Shown here one piece after another: positions 17,826 through 25,413 of a stretch of 48,463 bases of DNA. Under the pieces are notes generated by a model, which saw only the letters and a list, made by a program, of their open reading frames with translations, was not told the origin of the DNA and did no database searches. Both the position numbers and the translations under genes were made by a program. Each line of letters opens with the position of its first letter. Positions within the stretch are counted from its first letter, which is position 1. Source of the stretch: a virus (taxonomy: Duplodnaviria; Caudoviricetes); IMG/VR virus record IMGVR_UViG_3300018890_000017, positions 1 through 48,463 of that record; one strand, written 5' to 3'.

Positions 17826-18163
17826 TGAATGATGAATTAGGATTGTCGACTGATGGACTGGTGGCGGCGCTTGCCCACCTCGAGGCGATGGGCAAGCCCC
17901 TGCCCCGGGTGCTGGTGACCCGGGTGCTGGTGACCCGGGTGCTGGTGTTCGGCTGTGGCCCGAGAAGCGGCATGACGCCCGTAGGCTTGCTGGCTGAGGA
18001 TATCCCTGCCCCCTACCTGACGTTGCGCGGCCCACGTCATCCTGAGCGCAGCGACGTTTTGCGGGTTATCGGCAACAGAAAAGTGAGTCCGCTAAGCGTC
18101 GTCGGGCCGCTGCCTCCGCTGACGCCCCCCCCGTTGCGTCGCCGTCCACCTTCGTCCTGCTAA
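17825..18163 (+). CDS. Hypothetical lower-GC ORF containing a tandem repeat
   Basis: TGATG overlap with terS; atypical codon usage. Confidence 0.3.
   Translation: MNDELGLSTDGLVAALAHLEAMGKPLPRVLVTRVLVTRVLVFGCGPRSGMTPVGLLAEDIPAPYLTLRGPRHPERSDVLRVIGNRKVSPLSVVGPLPPLTPPPLRRRPPSSC
17904..17947. repeat. 15-bp tandem repeat x3 (CCCGGGTGCTGGTGA)
   Basis: Directly visible; encodes RVLVT repeats. Confidence 0.9.
18035..18054 (+). repeat. 20-bp direct repeat copy 2 (REP-like)
   Basis: Identical to 16987-17006. Confidence 0.7.
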
Positions 18164-18182
18164 TCCTCTCAGCGAACTGCGC

Positions 18183-19601
18183 GTGGTGACCGTCCTTACC
18201 CAACCTCGCGGGCTGCCCGATCGCCCCGTCACGCGTCACCAGGCCGCGGTGGAGGCGAAGTACCTGCGTCTCACGCCGCGGTGGACGACCCTCAAACCCC
18301 ACCCGGTGCAGCAGTCCTTCGTCTGGCACCGGGCGCGGTTCAAGATCAACCCGAGCGGCCGCCGCAGCGGCAAGACGGAGCTGCTCAAGCGGATGGCGGT
18401 CATGCAGCTGCTGAAGAAGCGGGCGTGGCCGGCGATGGTCCTGCTGGCGGCGCCGAGCTTCGGACAGGCCCGCGACATCTTCTGGGACGACATCAAGGCG
18501 ATGGTCCCGTCGCACTGGCTGGCCGGGAAGCCGAGCGAGACCCGCCTCGAGGTGCGGACCAAGTGGGGGGCCATGATCCGCATCATGGGCTTCGACCGCC
18601 CGCGCCGCATGGAGGGCGTGCCCTGGGACTTCTTCGGCGGGGACGAGATCGCCGACTGCCCGCCGCGGTGCATCTCGCTCAACGTCCGGCCCGCGCTGGC
18701 CACCGTCGGCCGGGAGGGCAGCGCGTGCTTCGTCGGCGTGCCGGACGAGGTCGGCCGCAACCAGGGCGAGTACGAGGAGCTCTACGAGATCGGCCTGCAG
18801 TGGGATCCGGACCGGGCCAAGGCCAAGGACCCGGACACGTGCAGCTTCCACTGGAAGAGCGCCGACATCCTCTCGGCCGCCGAGATCGCGAGCCTGCGCA
18901 AGAGCCTCGACGACCACGCGTTCGAGCAGGAGATGGGCGGGCGGTTCGTGTCGAGCCAGGGCAAGGCGCTGCCCAAGTTCGACCGCGCGTACCACGTCGA
19001 CGAGGACATGGTCGAGTACTGCCCCCTGCTGCCGCTCGACTGGACGATGGACTTCGGCGTCGTGCCGGCGGCCAGCCTGCTGTGCCAGACGTACAAGGGC
19101 CGCGTCTGGGTGATGGACGAGATCGTGCTGAACGACAGCAGCACCGAGGCCTCGGCCGCGGAGTTCCGCAAGCGCGTCGCGAAGAACGGGTACAACACGC
19201 GGATGATCAGGCTGTACGGCGACGCCGCGGGCAACCAGCGTCACAGCCCGATCGGGGTCAGCGACTACGACATCCTCCGCAGCCGGCTCGGCGACCTGAA
19301 CGTGCAGTGGGAGGAGCTGGACGCGCCGCCGCTCGTGAAGGACACGCTCAACGCCGTCCGCGGGCGGCTCGCGACGGCGAGCGGTCACGTCCACCTGCAC
19401 GTCCACCCGCGGTGCCACCGGCTGATCAAGGACCTGAAAGAGGCGCCGTGGCCCGACAAGCACCAGCTCCGCGGATACCACTGCCTGGCGGCGCTGCGGT
19501 ACTACTGCTACCGGATGTTCGGCGACCCGTGCGACCGGATCAGCACGAGCGGGCTGCACCTGCCGAATCACGGCGTCACGTCGGGTCGTGCCACCAACTA
19601 G
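18183..19601 (+). CDS. terL: Terminase large subunit
   Basis: Walker A SGRRSGKT, APS..QA, Walker B GDEIAD, nuclease motifs MDFG and YGDAAG. Confidence 0.92.
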   Translation: MVTVLTQPRGLPDRPVTRHQAAVEAKYLRLTPRWTTLKPHPVQQSFVWHRARFKINPSGRRSGKTELLKRMAVMQLLKKRAWPAMVLLAAPSFGQARDIFWDDIKAMVPSHWLAGKPSETRLEVRTKWGAMIRIMGFDRPRRMEGVPWDFFGGDEIADCPPRCISLNVRPALATVGREGSACFVGVPDEVGRNQGEYEELYEIGLQWDPDRAKAKDPDTCSFHWKSADILSAAEIASLRKSLDDHAFEQEMGGRFVSSQGKALPKFDRAYHVDEDMVEYCPLLPLDWTMDFGVVPAASLLCQTYKGRVWVMDEIVLNDSSTEASAAEFRKRVAKNGYNTRMIRLYGDAAGNQRHSPIGVSDYDILRSRLGDLNVQWEELDAPPLVKDTLNAVRGRLATASGHVHLHVHPRCHRLIKDLKEAPWPDKHQLRGYHCLAALRYYCYRMFGDPCDRISTSGLHLPNHGVTSGRATN

Positions 19602-19627
19602 GCCGCTCGGTGCCGCGCGCGTAGGTT
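19592..19627 (+). promoter_or_regulatory. Late-type promoter motif copy 3
   Basis: CACCAACTA-N21-TAGGTT, overlapping the terL stop. Confidence 0.5.
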
Positions 19628-19745
19628 CACTCGCCGCGGCGATGCACCACGAAGCACATGGGACGTTCGGTCCAGGAGCAACGGCCGACGTCCCCTACTC
19701 CGTGGGGCGAGTACCTGGACCCGCCGGAGTGAACTGTGCGGCACT
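19609..19745 (+). ncRNA. Candidate structured RNA between terL and portal (alternatively a 43-aa ORF, 19642-19773)
   Basis: Stems GTGCCGC/GCGGCAC, GTTCACTC/GAGTGAAC, GGGACGT/ACGTCCC and TACTC/GAGTA, plus a crossing pair GGTCCAGG/CCTGGACC. Confidence 0.35.
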
Positions 19746-19763
19746 CGCGTCGCCACACGTCGC

Positions 19764-19799
19764 CACGAACTAGCGCCCGCAGTCTTCGGCCGGCATCTT
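19764..19799 (+). promoter_or_regulatory. Late-type promoter motif copy 4 (leaderless portal mRNA)
   Basis: CACGAACTA-N21-CATCTT, then 6 nt to the portal ATG; no RBS. Confidence 0.55.
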
Positions 19800-19805
19800 C
19801 CCGCC

Positions 19806-21506
19806 ATGCCCTTGCCCGAGGCGCTGGCGGCCCTCCTCGCCGCGCAACCCAAGTTCGACCCGTCCCTTGAGCGCAAGGAGTTCACCGACAACCGGGAGCT
19901 CTGGCGGCTCTACCTCGACCTGTACGAGCTCGACGCGACCAAGCTCAAGGCGCTGGTCCTGCGGCACAGCGCCGACGAGCCCGATGCGAAGTACGCCAAG
20001 CGGCAGGCCCTCGCGGCCGTCTACAACCTGGTCCCGATGATCGTGAACCTCGCGAAGGGGTACCTGTTCAGCGAGAGCCCAGCGTACGACGTCAACGGCG
20101 ACCCGGACCTGGAGGCGTTCCTCAAGAACTGCGACGGCAACGGCCGCGACTTCGAGGGCTTCACCAAGAACAGCGCCCTGCCGCTCGCCCAGGTCCTGGG
20201 GTGGGTCGACGTCCTGGTCGAGAACCCGCAGCTCCCGGCCGGCCGGGCCCCGCTGACCCGGGCGGACGAGGCGGCCGCCAAGCTCACGCCGTACGTCATG
20301 CCCGTCACGCCGCTGCAGCGGATCCACTGGAGCGCGCAGCCGAACCACTCCTACAACTGGCTCCGGTTCCGCGACGCGGGCAACGAGAAGACCGACCCGT
20401 TCGCCGGCGACGTCACGCCGGCGGAGGCGTACGTGACGCACGGCGTGCTCGACGTCACCCGCCCGGGCGCCGAGCCGGGCGCGGCGGCCGAGCCGACGGC
20501 GTACTGGATCCGCAGCTGGCGGAAGCCGGTCGCGCCCGCGCCGGCCGCCGGCGGGCAGGAGCCCGGGCCGCAGTGGGAGCACGACGGCGGGTTCGCCCCC
20601 GTCGACCGCGTCCCGGTCTCCACGCTCTACCACCAGGTCAGCAACGACCCGGACCGCCGCCACTTCGGCCTGTCGAAGGTCGCGATGATGGCGGTGCTGA
20701 CGCGCCAGATCGTGCAGGTGCTGAGCTGGACGGCCGAGGACGTGCTCGCCAACCTCGCCCTCTACTGCGTCCCGAGCAAGGACGGGCTGCCGCTCAAGGA
20801 CGAGGAGGGCAACCCGGTCAACCTGCAGTGGGGCGCCAACACGATCATGTGGTTCAAGTTCGACGCCCAGCACGTGCCGTTCGTGCTGCAGGGCGACGTC
20901 AGCCACATCGAGATCAAGTTCAAGCTCGTCGAGCTCCACCTCCGGGAGATCCTCCGCATCGCCAACCTGCTGCAGGCCACGGGCACGGCCGGGTCGGCCA
21001 GCGGTTCGTCCGCCGGCGGCGAGGCGACGAGCGGCGTCCAGGCCGAGATCGAGCGGAACGAGCTGTTCCGCGAGCTGACGGAGACCAGCCAGGCCCTCGA
21101 CACGTTCGCCCTGCAGGTCCTGGCCCTCGTGAAGTCGTGGAAGACGAACAAGCCGTGGTCGGTCGAGCAGCTCCAGGAGGAAGGGAAGGTCACGGTCCGC
21201 CACTACAAGGGCCCGTGGACCATGGACCCCGTCGACAAGGTGATCGCGACCGCGAACGAGGCGCTGGCCCTGTTCCGGGAGATCAGCCCCACGGCCGTCG
21301 AGAACGCCATGGCCCAGGCGGCGCGGAGCCTGCTGCACAACAACGGCGACGCGATGAAGGATGCGCTCAAGGAGATCGCGAAGAACACGGGCGCTGTCGT
21401 CGAGGACATGAACGACCGGCAGAACAAGATCGACCAGGCCGCGGCCGACGCGGCGGCGGCGGAGGCCTCGGCGGCCGCCGGCGAGGGCGGCGGCGGGGAG
21501 GACTGA
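19806..21506 (+). CDS. Portal protein
   Basis: 566 aa directly after TerL; 'KYAKRQALAAVYNLVPMIV', 'NCDGNG', 'SGVQAEIE' resemble SPP1/DUF4055-like portals. Confidence 0.8.
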   Translation: MPLPEALAALLAAQPKFDPSLERKEFTDNRELWRLYLDLYELDATKLKALVLRHSADEPDAKYAKRQALAAVYNLVPMIVNLAKGYLFSESPAYDVNGDPDLEAFLKNCDGNGRDFEGFTKNSALPLAQVLGWVDVLVENPQLPAGRAPLTRADEAAAKLTPYVMPVTPLQRIHWSAQPNHSYNWLRFRDAGNEKTDPFAGDVTPAEAYVTHGVLDVTRPGAEPGAAAEPTAYWIRSWRKPVAPAPAAGGQEPGPQWEHDGGFAPVDRVPVSTLYHQVSNDPDRRHFGLSKVAMMAVLTRQIVQVLSWTAEDVLANLALYCVPSKDGLPLKDEEGNPVNLQWGANTIMWFKFDAQHVPFVLQGDVSHIEIKFKLVELHLREILRIANLLQATGTAGSASGSSAGGEATSGVQAEIERNELFRELTETSQALDTFALQVLALVKSWKTNKPWSVEQLQEEGKVTVRHYKGPWTMDPVDKVIATANEALALFREISPTAVENAMAQAARSLLHNNGDAMKDALKEIAKNTGAVVEDMNDRQNKIDQAAADAAAAEASAAAGEGGGGED

Positions 21507-21510
21507 CGCC

Positions 21511-21804
21511 GTGGCGAGGTACCGCAAGAAGCCCGTAGTCGTGGACGCCGTGCGGTTCACCGACACCGGTGCCGCGGTACGGCTGATCTCCGACATGGCC
21601 GACTGCGACGTCCCGGTCCGCCACCTGCGGCCGGAGGCGCCGGTCATCTACATCGACACGCTCGAGGGCCGGATGCAGGCGAACCTCGGCGATTGGATCA
21701 TCAGGGGATCGCAGGGCGAGCTGTACCCGTGCAAGCACGCTGCGTTCGAGGACTGCTACGAGCCGGCGGATCAGCCGGCGGGAACCGGGAAGGCGCGATC
21801 ATGA
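21511..21804 (+). CDS. Conserved phage protein (YRKKPVVVDA...GELYPCK family)
   Basis: Recognisable motif IDTLEG.MQA..GDWIIRG.QGELYPCK..F...YE. Confidence 0.8.
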   Translation: MARYRKKPVVVDAVRFTDTGAAVRLISDMADCDVPVRHLRPEAPVIYIDTLEGRMQANLGDWIIRGSQGELYPCKHAAFEDCYEPADQPAGTGKARS

Positions 21805-22160
21805 ACATGGACGGTCTGACGTGGAGCGACGTCGAGCGGGCGGTCGCGGCGCGAGAGCAACTCATCGCGTCAGGGCACGTGCGGCTCGCGCCGCCGCTGT
21901 ACCGCCGCCGGTGGTGGGCGCGGGCGGTCAAGGTCGGTGAGGCCGGCCAGGTGCTCGACTGCCGCGGCCCCGCCCCGGCCCGGATCGGCCGGATGAACGT
22001 CATGCAGGTGCGCCCGTACTGGTGGGGCTGGCCGCTCGAACTGCTGTGGCGGGTGGACCCGCGGCTGTCGTTCGCCGCCGGGGTCATGCTTGCCTTCGCC
22101 GCGTTCGTCGTCGCCTGCTTTGCCCTGTCGTCCTGGATGATCACCGTCCTGCCGCGCTGA
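21801..22160 (+). CDS. Small membrane protein
   Basis: ATGA overlap; C-terminal hydrophobic helix. Confidence 0.55.
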   Translation: MNMDGLTWSDVERAVAAREQLIASGHVRLAPPLYRRRWWARAVKVGEAGQVLDCRGPAPARIGRMNVMQVRPYWWGWPLELLWRVDPRLSFAAGVMLAFAAFVVACFALSSWMITVLPR

Positions 22161-22187
22161 ACGCCCGAAGCCGATCCGGAGTAAACG

Positions 22188-23141
22188 ATGCGCCCCCGCA
22201 GCCCGCTCTACGTCATCACCGCCATCAGCAACCCGGTCCGCTACAAGTCGCGGTACCGGCTGTACCAGGACTTCGCCAAGCGCGTCGCCGACCAGGGCGC
22301 CACGCTGATCACCGTCGAGGTGGCCTTCGGCGACCGGGAGCACAGCGTCACGCAGCGGGACGACCCGCGCCACGTGCAACTGCGGACGTGGGACGAGATC
22401 TGGATCAAGGAGAACGCGCTGAACGTCGGGGTGGAGTACCTGAGCCAGCTCGACCCCGACTGGCAGTACGTCGCCTGGGTCGACGCCGACGTCACGTTCG
22501 CCCGCCCGGACTGGGCGGCCGAGACCGTCGAGCAGATGCAGCACTACATGGTCGTGCAGATGTTCTCCAAGGCGCACGACCTCGGCCCCAACGAGGAGAT
22601 CTTCGACACGTACAACGGGTTCGTCTGGAGCTACCGCAACCGGCTCCTGGACGGTCCGATCGGCACGTGCCCGTCGAAGTACATGACCGGCTGGCACCCG
22701 GGCTACGGGTGGGCGTGGCGCCGCGAGGCCGTCGACGCCGTCCGGTGGCTCGACGTCGCGATCCTCGGCAGCGGCGACCAGCACATGGCCCGCGCGCTGA
22801 TCGGCCGCGGCCGCGACTCGATCAACCCCGGGATGCACCCGAACTACCTGGCGGCCGTCGACCGGTTCCAGGAGCTGGCCGAGCGGCACATCCGCCGCGA
22901 CGTCGGGTACGTCGAGGGGTCGGTCCTGCACCACTGGCACGGCCGCAAGCGGAGCCGCGGTTACCTGGACCGGTGGAAGATCCTTCGCGACCTGCGGTAC
23001 GACCCGCACCGGGACATCAAGCGGGACGCGCAGGGGCTTTACCAGCTCGTCGACCACGGCGACGTGCGGTCGATCGAGCTCCGCGACCAGATCCGCGGCT
23101 ACTTCCGCAGCCGCAACGAAGACTCGATCGACGTCGCGTGA
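22188..23141 (+). CDS. GT-A-fold glycosyltransferase-like protein
   Basis: IWIKENALN, YVAWVDAD (DxD motif), HPGYGWAWRR, ILGSGD, VLHHWHG. Confidence 0.75.
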   Translation: MRPRSPLYVITAISNPVRYKSRYRLYQDFAKRVADQGATLITVEVAFGDREHSVTQRDDPRHVQLRTWDEIWIKENALNVGVEYLSQLDPDWQYVAWVDADVTFARPDWAAETVEQMQHYMVVQMFSKAHDLGPNEEIFDTYNGFVWSYRNRLLDGPIGTCPSKYMTGWHPGYGWAWRREAVDAVRWLDVAILGSGDQHMARALIGRGRDSINPGMHPNYLAAVDRFQELAERHIRRDVGYVEGSVLHHWHGRKRSRGYLDRWKILRDLRYDPHRDIKRDAQGLYQLVDHGDVRSIELRDQIRGYFRSRNEDSIDVA

Positions 23142-23157
23142 GCCGCCGGCCGCCCGT

Positions 23158-23193
23158 CACCAACAAGCGCCGTCACGCCCGGCCGTATAGACA
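23158..23193 (+). promoter_or_regulatory. Late-type promoter motif copy 5 (upstream of the candidate sRNA)
   Basis: CACCAACAA-N21-TAGACA. Confidence 0.45.
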
Positions 23194-23197
23194 GTGC

Positions 23198-23285
23198 GGG
23201 ACCAGGCCGTAACCGGCCAGGGTGACGACCGGCACTGCCGCGAAACGTTGCACCCGTTCAGCCCGCCCTCGCGGCGGGCTGTTTT
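23198..23285 (+). ncRNA. Candidate ~90-nt small RNA with its own promoter and terminator
   Basis: Hairpin GGCCG-TAAC-CGGCC; stem GGGTG(A)CGAC/GTTGCACCC enclosing CGGC-ACT-GCCG; ends in a terminator. Confidence 0.4.
23259..23285 (+). terminator. Intrinsic terminator
   Basis: CAGCCCGCC-ctcgc-GGCGGGCTG followed by TTTT. Confidence 0.75.
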
Positions 23286-23332
23286 ATTCTCCCCGGGGCC
23301 GGTTCTATTCACGAACGGGCCGTTCTATTCAC
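23281..23332. repeat. Three phased GTT(T/C)TATTC direct repeats
   Basis: At 23281, 23302 and 23322 (spacing 21 and 20 bp). Confidence 0.65.
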
Positions 23333-23356
23333 TCGCCCTCCCCCGGCATGCAGAGC

Positions 23357-23393
23357 AACCAACTTCCCGGCGGCGGCGCGTGGACCCTAGAAG
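23357..23393 (+). promoter_or_regulatory. Late-type promoter motif copy 6
   Basis: AACCAACTT-N22-TAGAAG; ATG at 23403. Confidence 0.5.
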
Positions 23394-23402
23394 CGGCCGA
23401 GG

Positions 23403-24320
23403 ATGGAACTGGTCCTCCTGAGCAACCTGGCCCGCACGCGGGTGTTCGACGCCGGGCTAAAGTCCGGGTCCATGATTGACCGCTTGGCCGCCCGTTACCT
23501 GGACACGGCGATGTTCAACCCACGGCCACGCGCGCGGGCCGTCGCGATCGCCGAATTGGAGGCGGCGATCGTCCTGCACTTCGAGGGGAACGTCGAGCCC
23601 GCCGCGCAGCGCACGGGCGTGCAGAACGCCCGCACGGTAATCGACGCGATGCCCGCTGCCGACCGCGCGGCCGCGCTCGCCGACCCCGACGTGCGGCGTC
23701 TGATCCTCATCGATGGGCCGGGCCGCACGTCCGACCGCCTCCGCATCGTGCAGGCGCTCGTCAACGACCGCGCGAATACCTTGGTCAACCGCCTGACCGC
23801 CTACTGGCTGGAGCCCGGGCTCGGCGAGCGGGCGAAGCTCCAGCAACTCCGCCAGATCCACGCCGACATGGACGCGGCGCAGAAGCGGTACGGCGAGCAG
23901 ATGGCGGCGCACGCGAAGGGGGAGGCGGCGCGGCCGCGGAAGCCCAACCTCGAGTACATGCCACGGTTCCAGGCCGACGTTAAGAAGGACCTGCGGGAGC
24001 AGGCGCGGCGGCGGGGGGCCGAGGCCGAGACGGCGGAGTTCGCCGCGCGCGGGCTCACCCGGCTGACGTGGGTCACCGTGCAGGCGTCGGACGCATGCCC
24101 GGACTGCCGAGTGCTCAACGGGCTCACGCTCGACGTGAAGGAGTGGGAGCGGAAGGGGCGGCCAGGGAGCGGGAACACGGTCTGCGGGCAGAGCTGCTAC
24201 TGCATGCTTGTCCCGGAGGCGGCAGCGAACGCCAACCAGTCGCTCAAGGTCAACGGGCTTGTGGTCCCAAGGCCGGTGTTGCTGCCGGAGGACCTGGCGA
24301 AGCTGGCGGGCGCAGCCTGA
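23403..24320 (+). CDS. Minor head / MuF-like (SPP1 gp7-like) protein
   Basis: C-terminal WV..SDACPDC..LNG...CGQSCYCMLVP; located after the portal. Confidence 0.65.
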   Translation: MELVLLSNLARTRVFDAGLKSGSMIDRLAARYLDTAMFNPRPRARAVAIAELEAAIVLHFEGNVEPAAQRTGVQNARTVIDAMPAADRAAALADPDVRRLILIDGPGRTSDRLRIVQALVNDRANTLVNRLTAYWLEPGLGERAKLQQLRQIHADMDAAQKRYGEQMAAHAKGEAARPRKPNLEYMPRFQADVKKDLREQARRRGAEAETAEFAARGLTRLTWVTVQASDACPDCRVLNGLTLDVKEWERKGRPGSGNTVCGQSCYCMLVPEAAANANQSLKVNGLVVPRPVLLPEDLAKLAGAA

Positions 24321-24668
24321 CGCCGGGCACGGCCTCGATTATCCTCTCCGACGCATGCCCGATCGCGCCCGCACCATCGTGTCGGCGATCGACAGTCGAA
24401 GTCGAATTGCCCCCCGACGAGTTCACGTCCGAGGAGGCGACGCGCCTAGCGGCACGCCATCCGCGCTGCAAGCGGCACCGCCACGATGTGCTGGATTCGG
24501 TTCGCCGCGGGGTATCAGCATCCGGCGAGGCCGGCCGGAGCGTTCGGCGGCCGCTGACCGACCAAATAGGCGAGGCGGCCGGGTGTGATCAGCACCGCGA
24601 CCGCCTCTGACCCCACACCCTGAACAAGAGGGCACGCGGCTACAGGCCCCATCGGGCCCGGAGCGAGC

Positions 24669-25396
24669 ATGCTTCTGGACTTCGACCGCTTTTCCGTCGT
24701 CCGCCGTCACTGCTTGGGCGTCCTGCGGGACCTCCCGGACGGCTCGATCGATTCGTTCGTCACAGACCCCCCGTACGGCATCGCGTTGAAGCTCGGCACG
24801 CGCAAGCGCGGCGAGCGGTCGATCGCCGGCGACGGCCGGCTCGAGGCGCGGCGGCTGTGGCGCGACGTGCTGCCCGAGATGGCCCGGGCGGCCAAGCCGG
24901 ACACCGCCCACCTCGTGTTCGGCACGTGGAAGTCGCCGTGGATGCTCGAGCTCCTCCATGAGCACTTCGACGTCAAGGGGTGCATCGTCTGGGACAAGCG
25001 GACGATCGGCCTCGGCCACCTGCTGCGGCCGCGGTGGGAGATGATCTACGTCGCCGCGAAGGGCCGCCGCGCCGCGAGCTGCCGGCGCCGGCGGATGTGT
25101 GGGCGTTCCAGCGGGTGATCCGCACCCGCCACCCGTGCGAGAAGCCGGTCGACCTGCTCCGGCGGTGCGTTCGGTTCGCCACGGCCCCGGGCCAGCTCGT
25201 GTGCGACCCGTTCGCCGGGATCGGAGGGACGGTGGTCGCGGCCGTGGCCGAGGGGCGGCGGTGCCTGGGGATCGAGATCGACGCCCGGCACGCCGCCCTG
25301 GCCGACGCGCGGGCCCGCCAGGCGAGCGCGGAGCTCGTCACGAACTTACGCCCCGCCGGCGTCCCTCCGCATAGTCCGCACACCGATCGTCAGTGA
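24669..25396 (+). pseudogene. Beta-class N4/N6 DNA methyltransferase, frameshifted near 25065
   Basis: DSFVTDPPYG is in the frame of 24669. HPCEKP..VCDPFAGIG..GIEID is in the frame ending at 25396. Confidence 0.8.
25339..25375 (+). promoter_or_regulatory. Late-type promoter motif copy 7 (scaffold-capsid operon)
   Basis: CACGAACTT-N22-CATAGT. Confidence 0.6.
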
Positions 25397-25413
25397 CCCG
25401 AGGGACGCCCGCG

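Noticed and set aside
17904-17947. Tandem repeats as a CRISPR or mini-array
   Set aside because: No spacers, the unit is only 15 bp, and there are no cas genes.
19660-19725. HDV/theta-like or hammerhead ribozyme
   Set aside because: The pseudoknot topology is reminiscent, but the P3/L3, P1.1 and catalytic J4/2 elements and the CUGAnGA/GAAA cores are absent on both strands.
24340-24610. Possible small gene after a TATCCT box (ATG 24355), apparently needing a frameshift into 'TVEVELPPDEF...'
   Set aside because: No recognisable motif and the frame is ambiguous; cannot be supported as a CDS or pseudogene.
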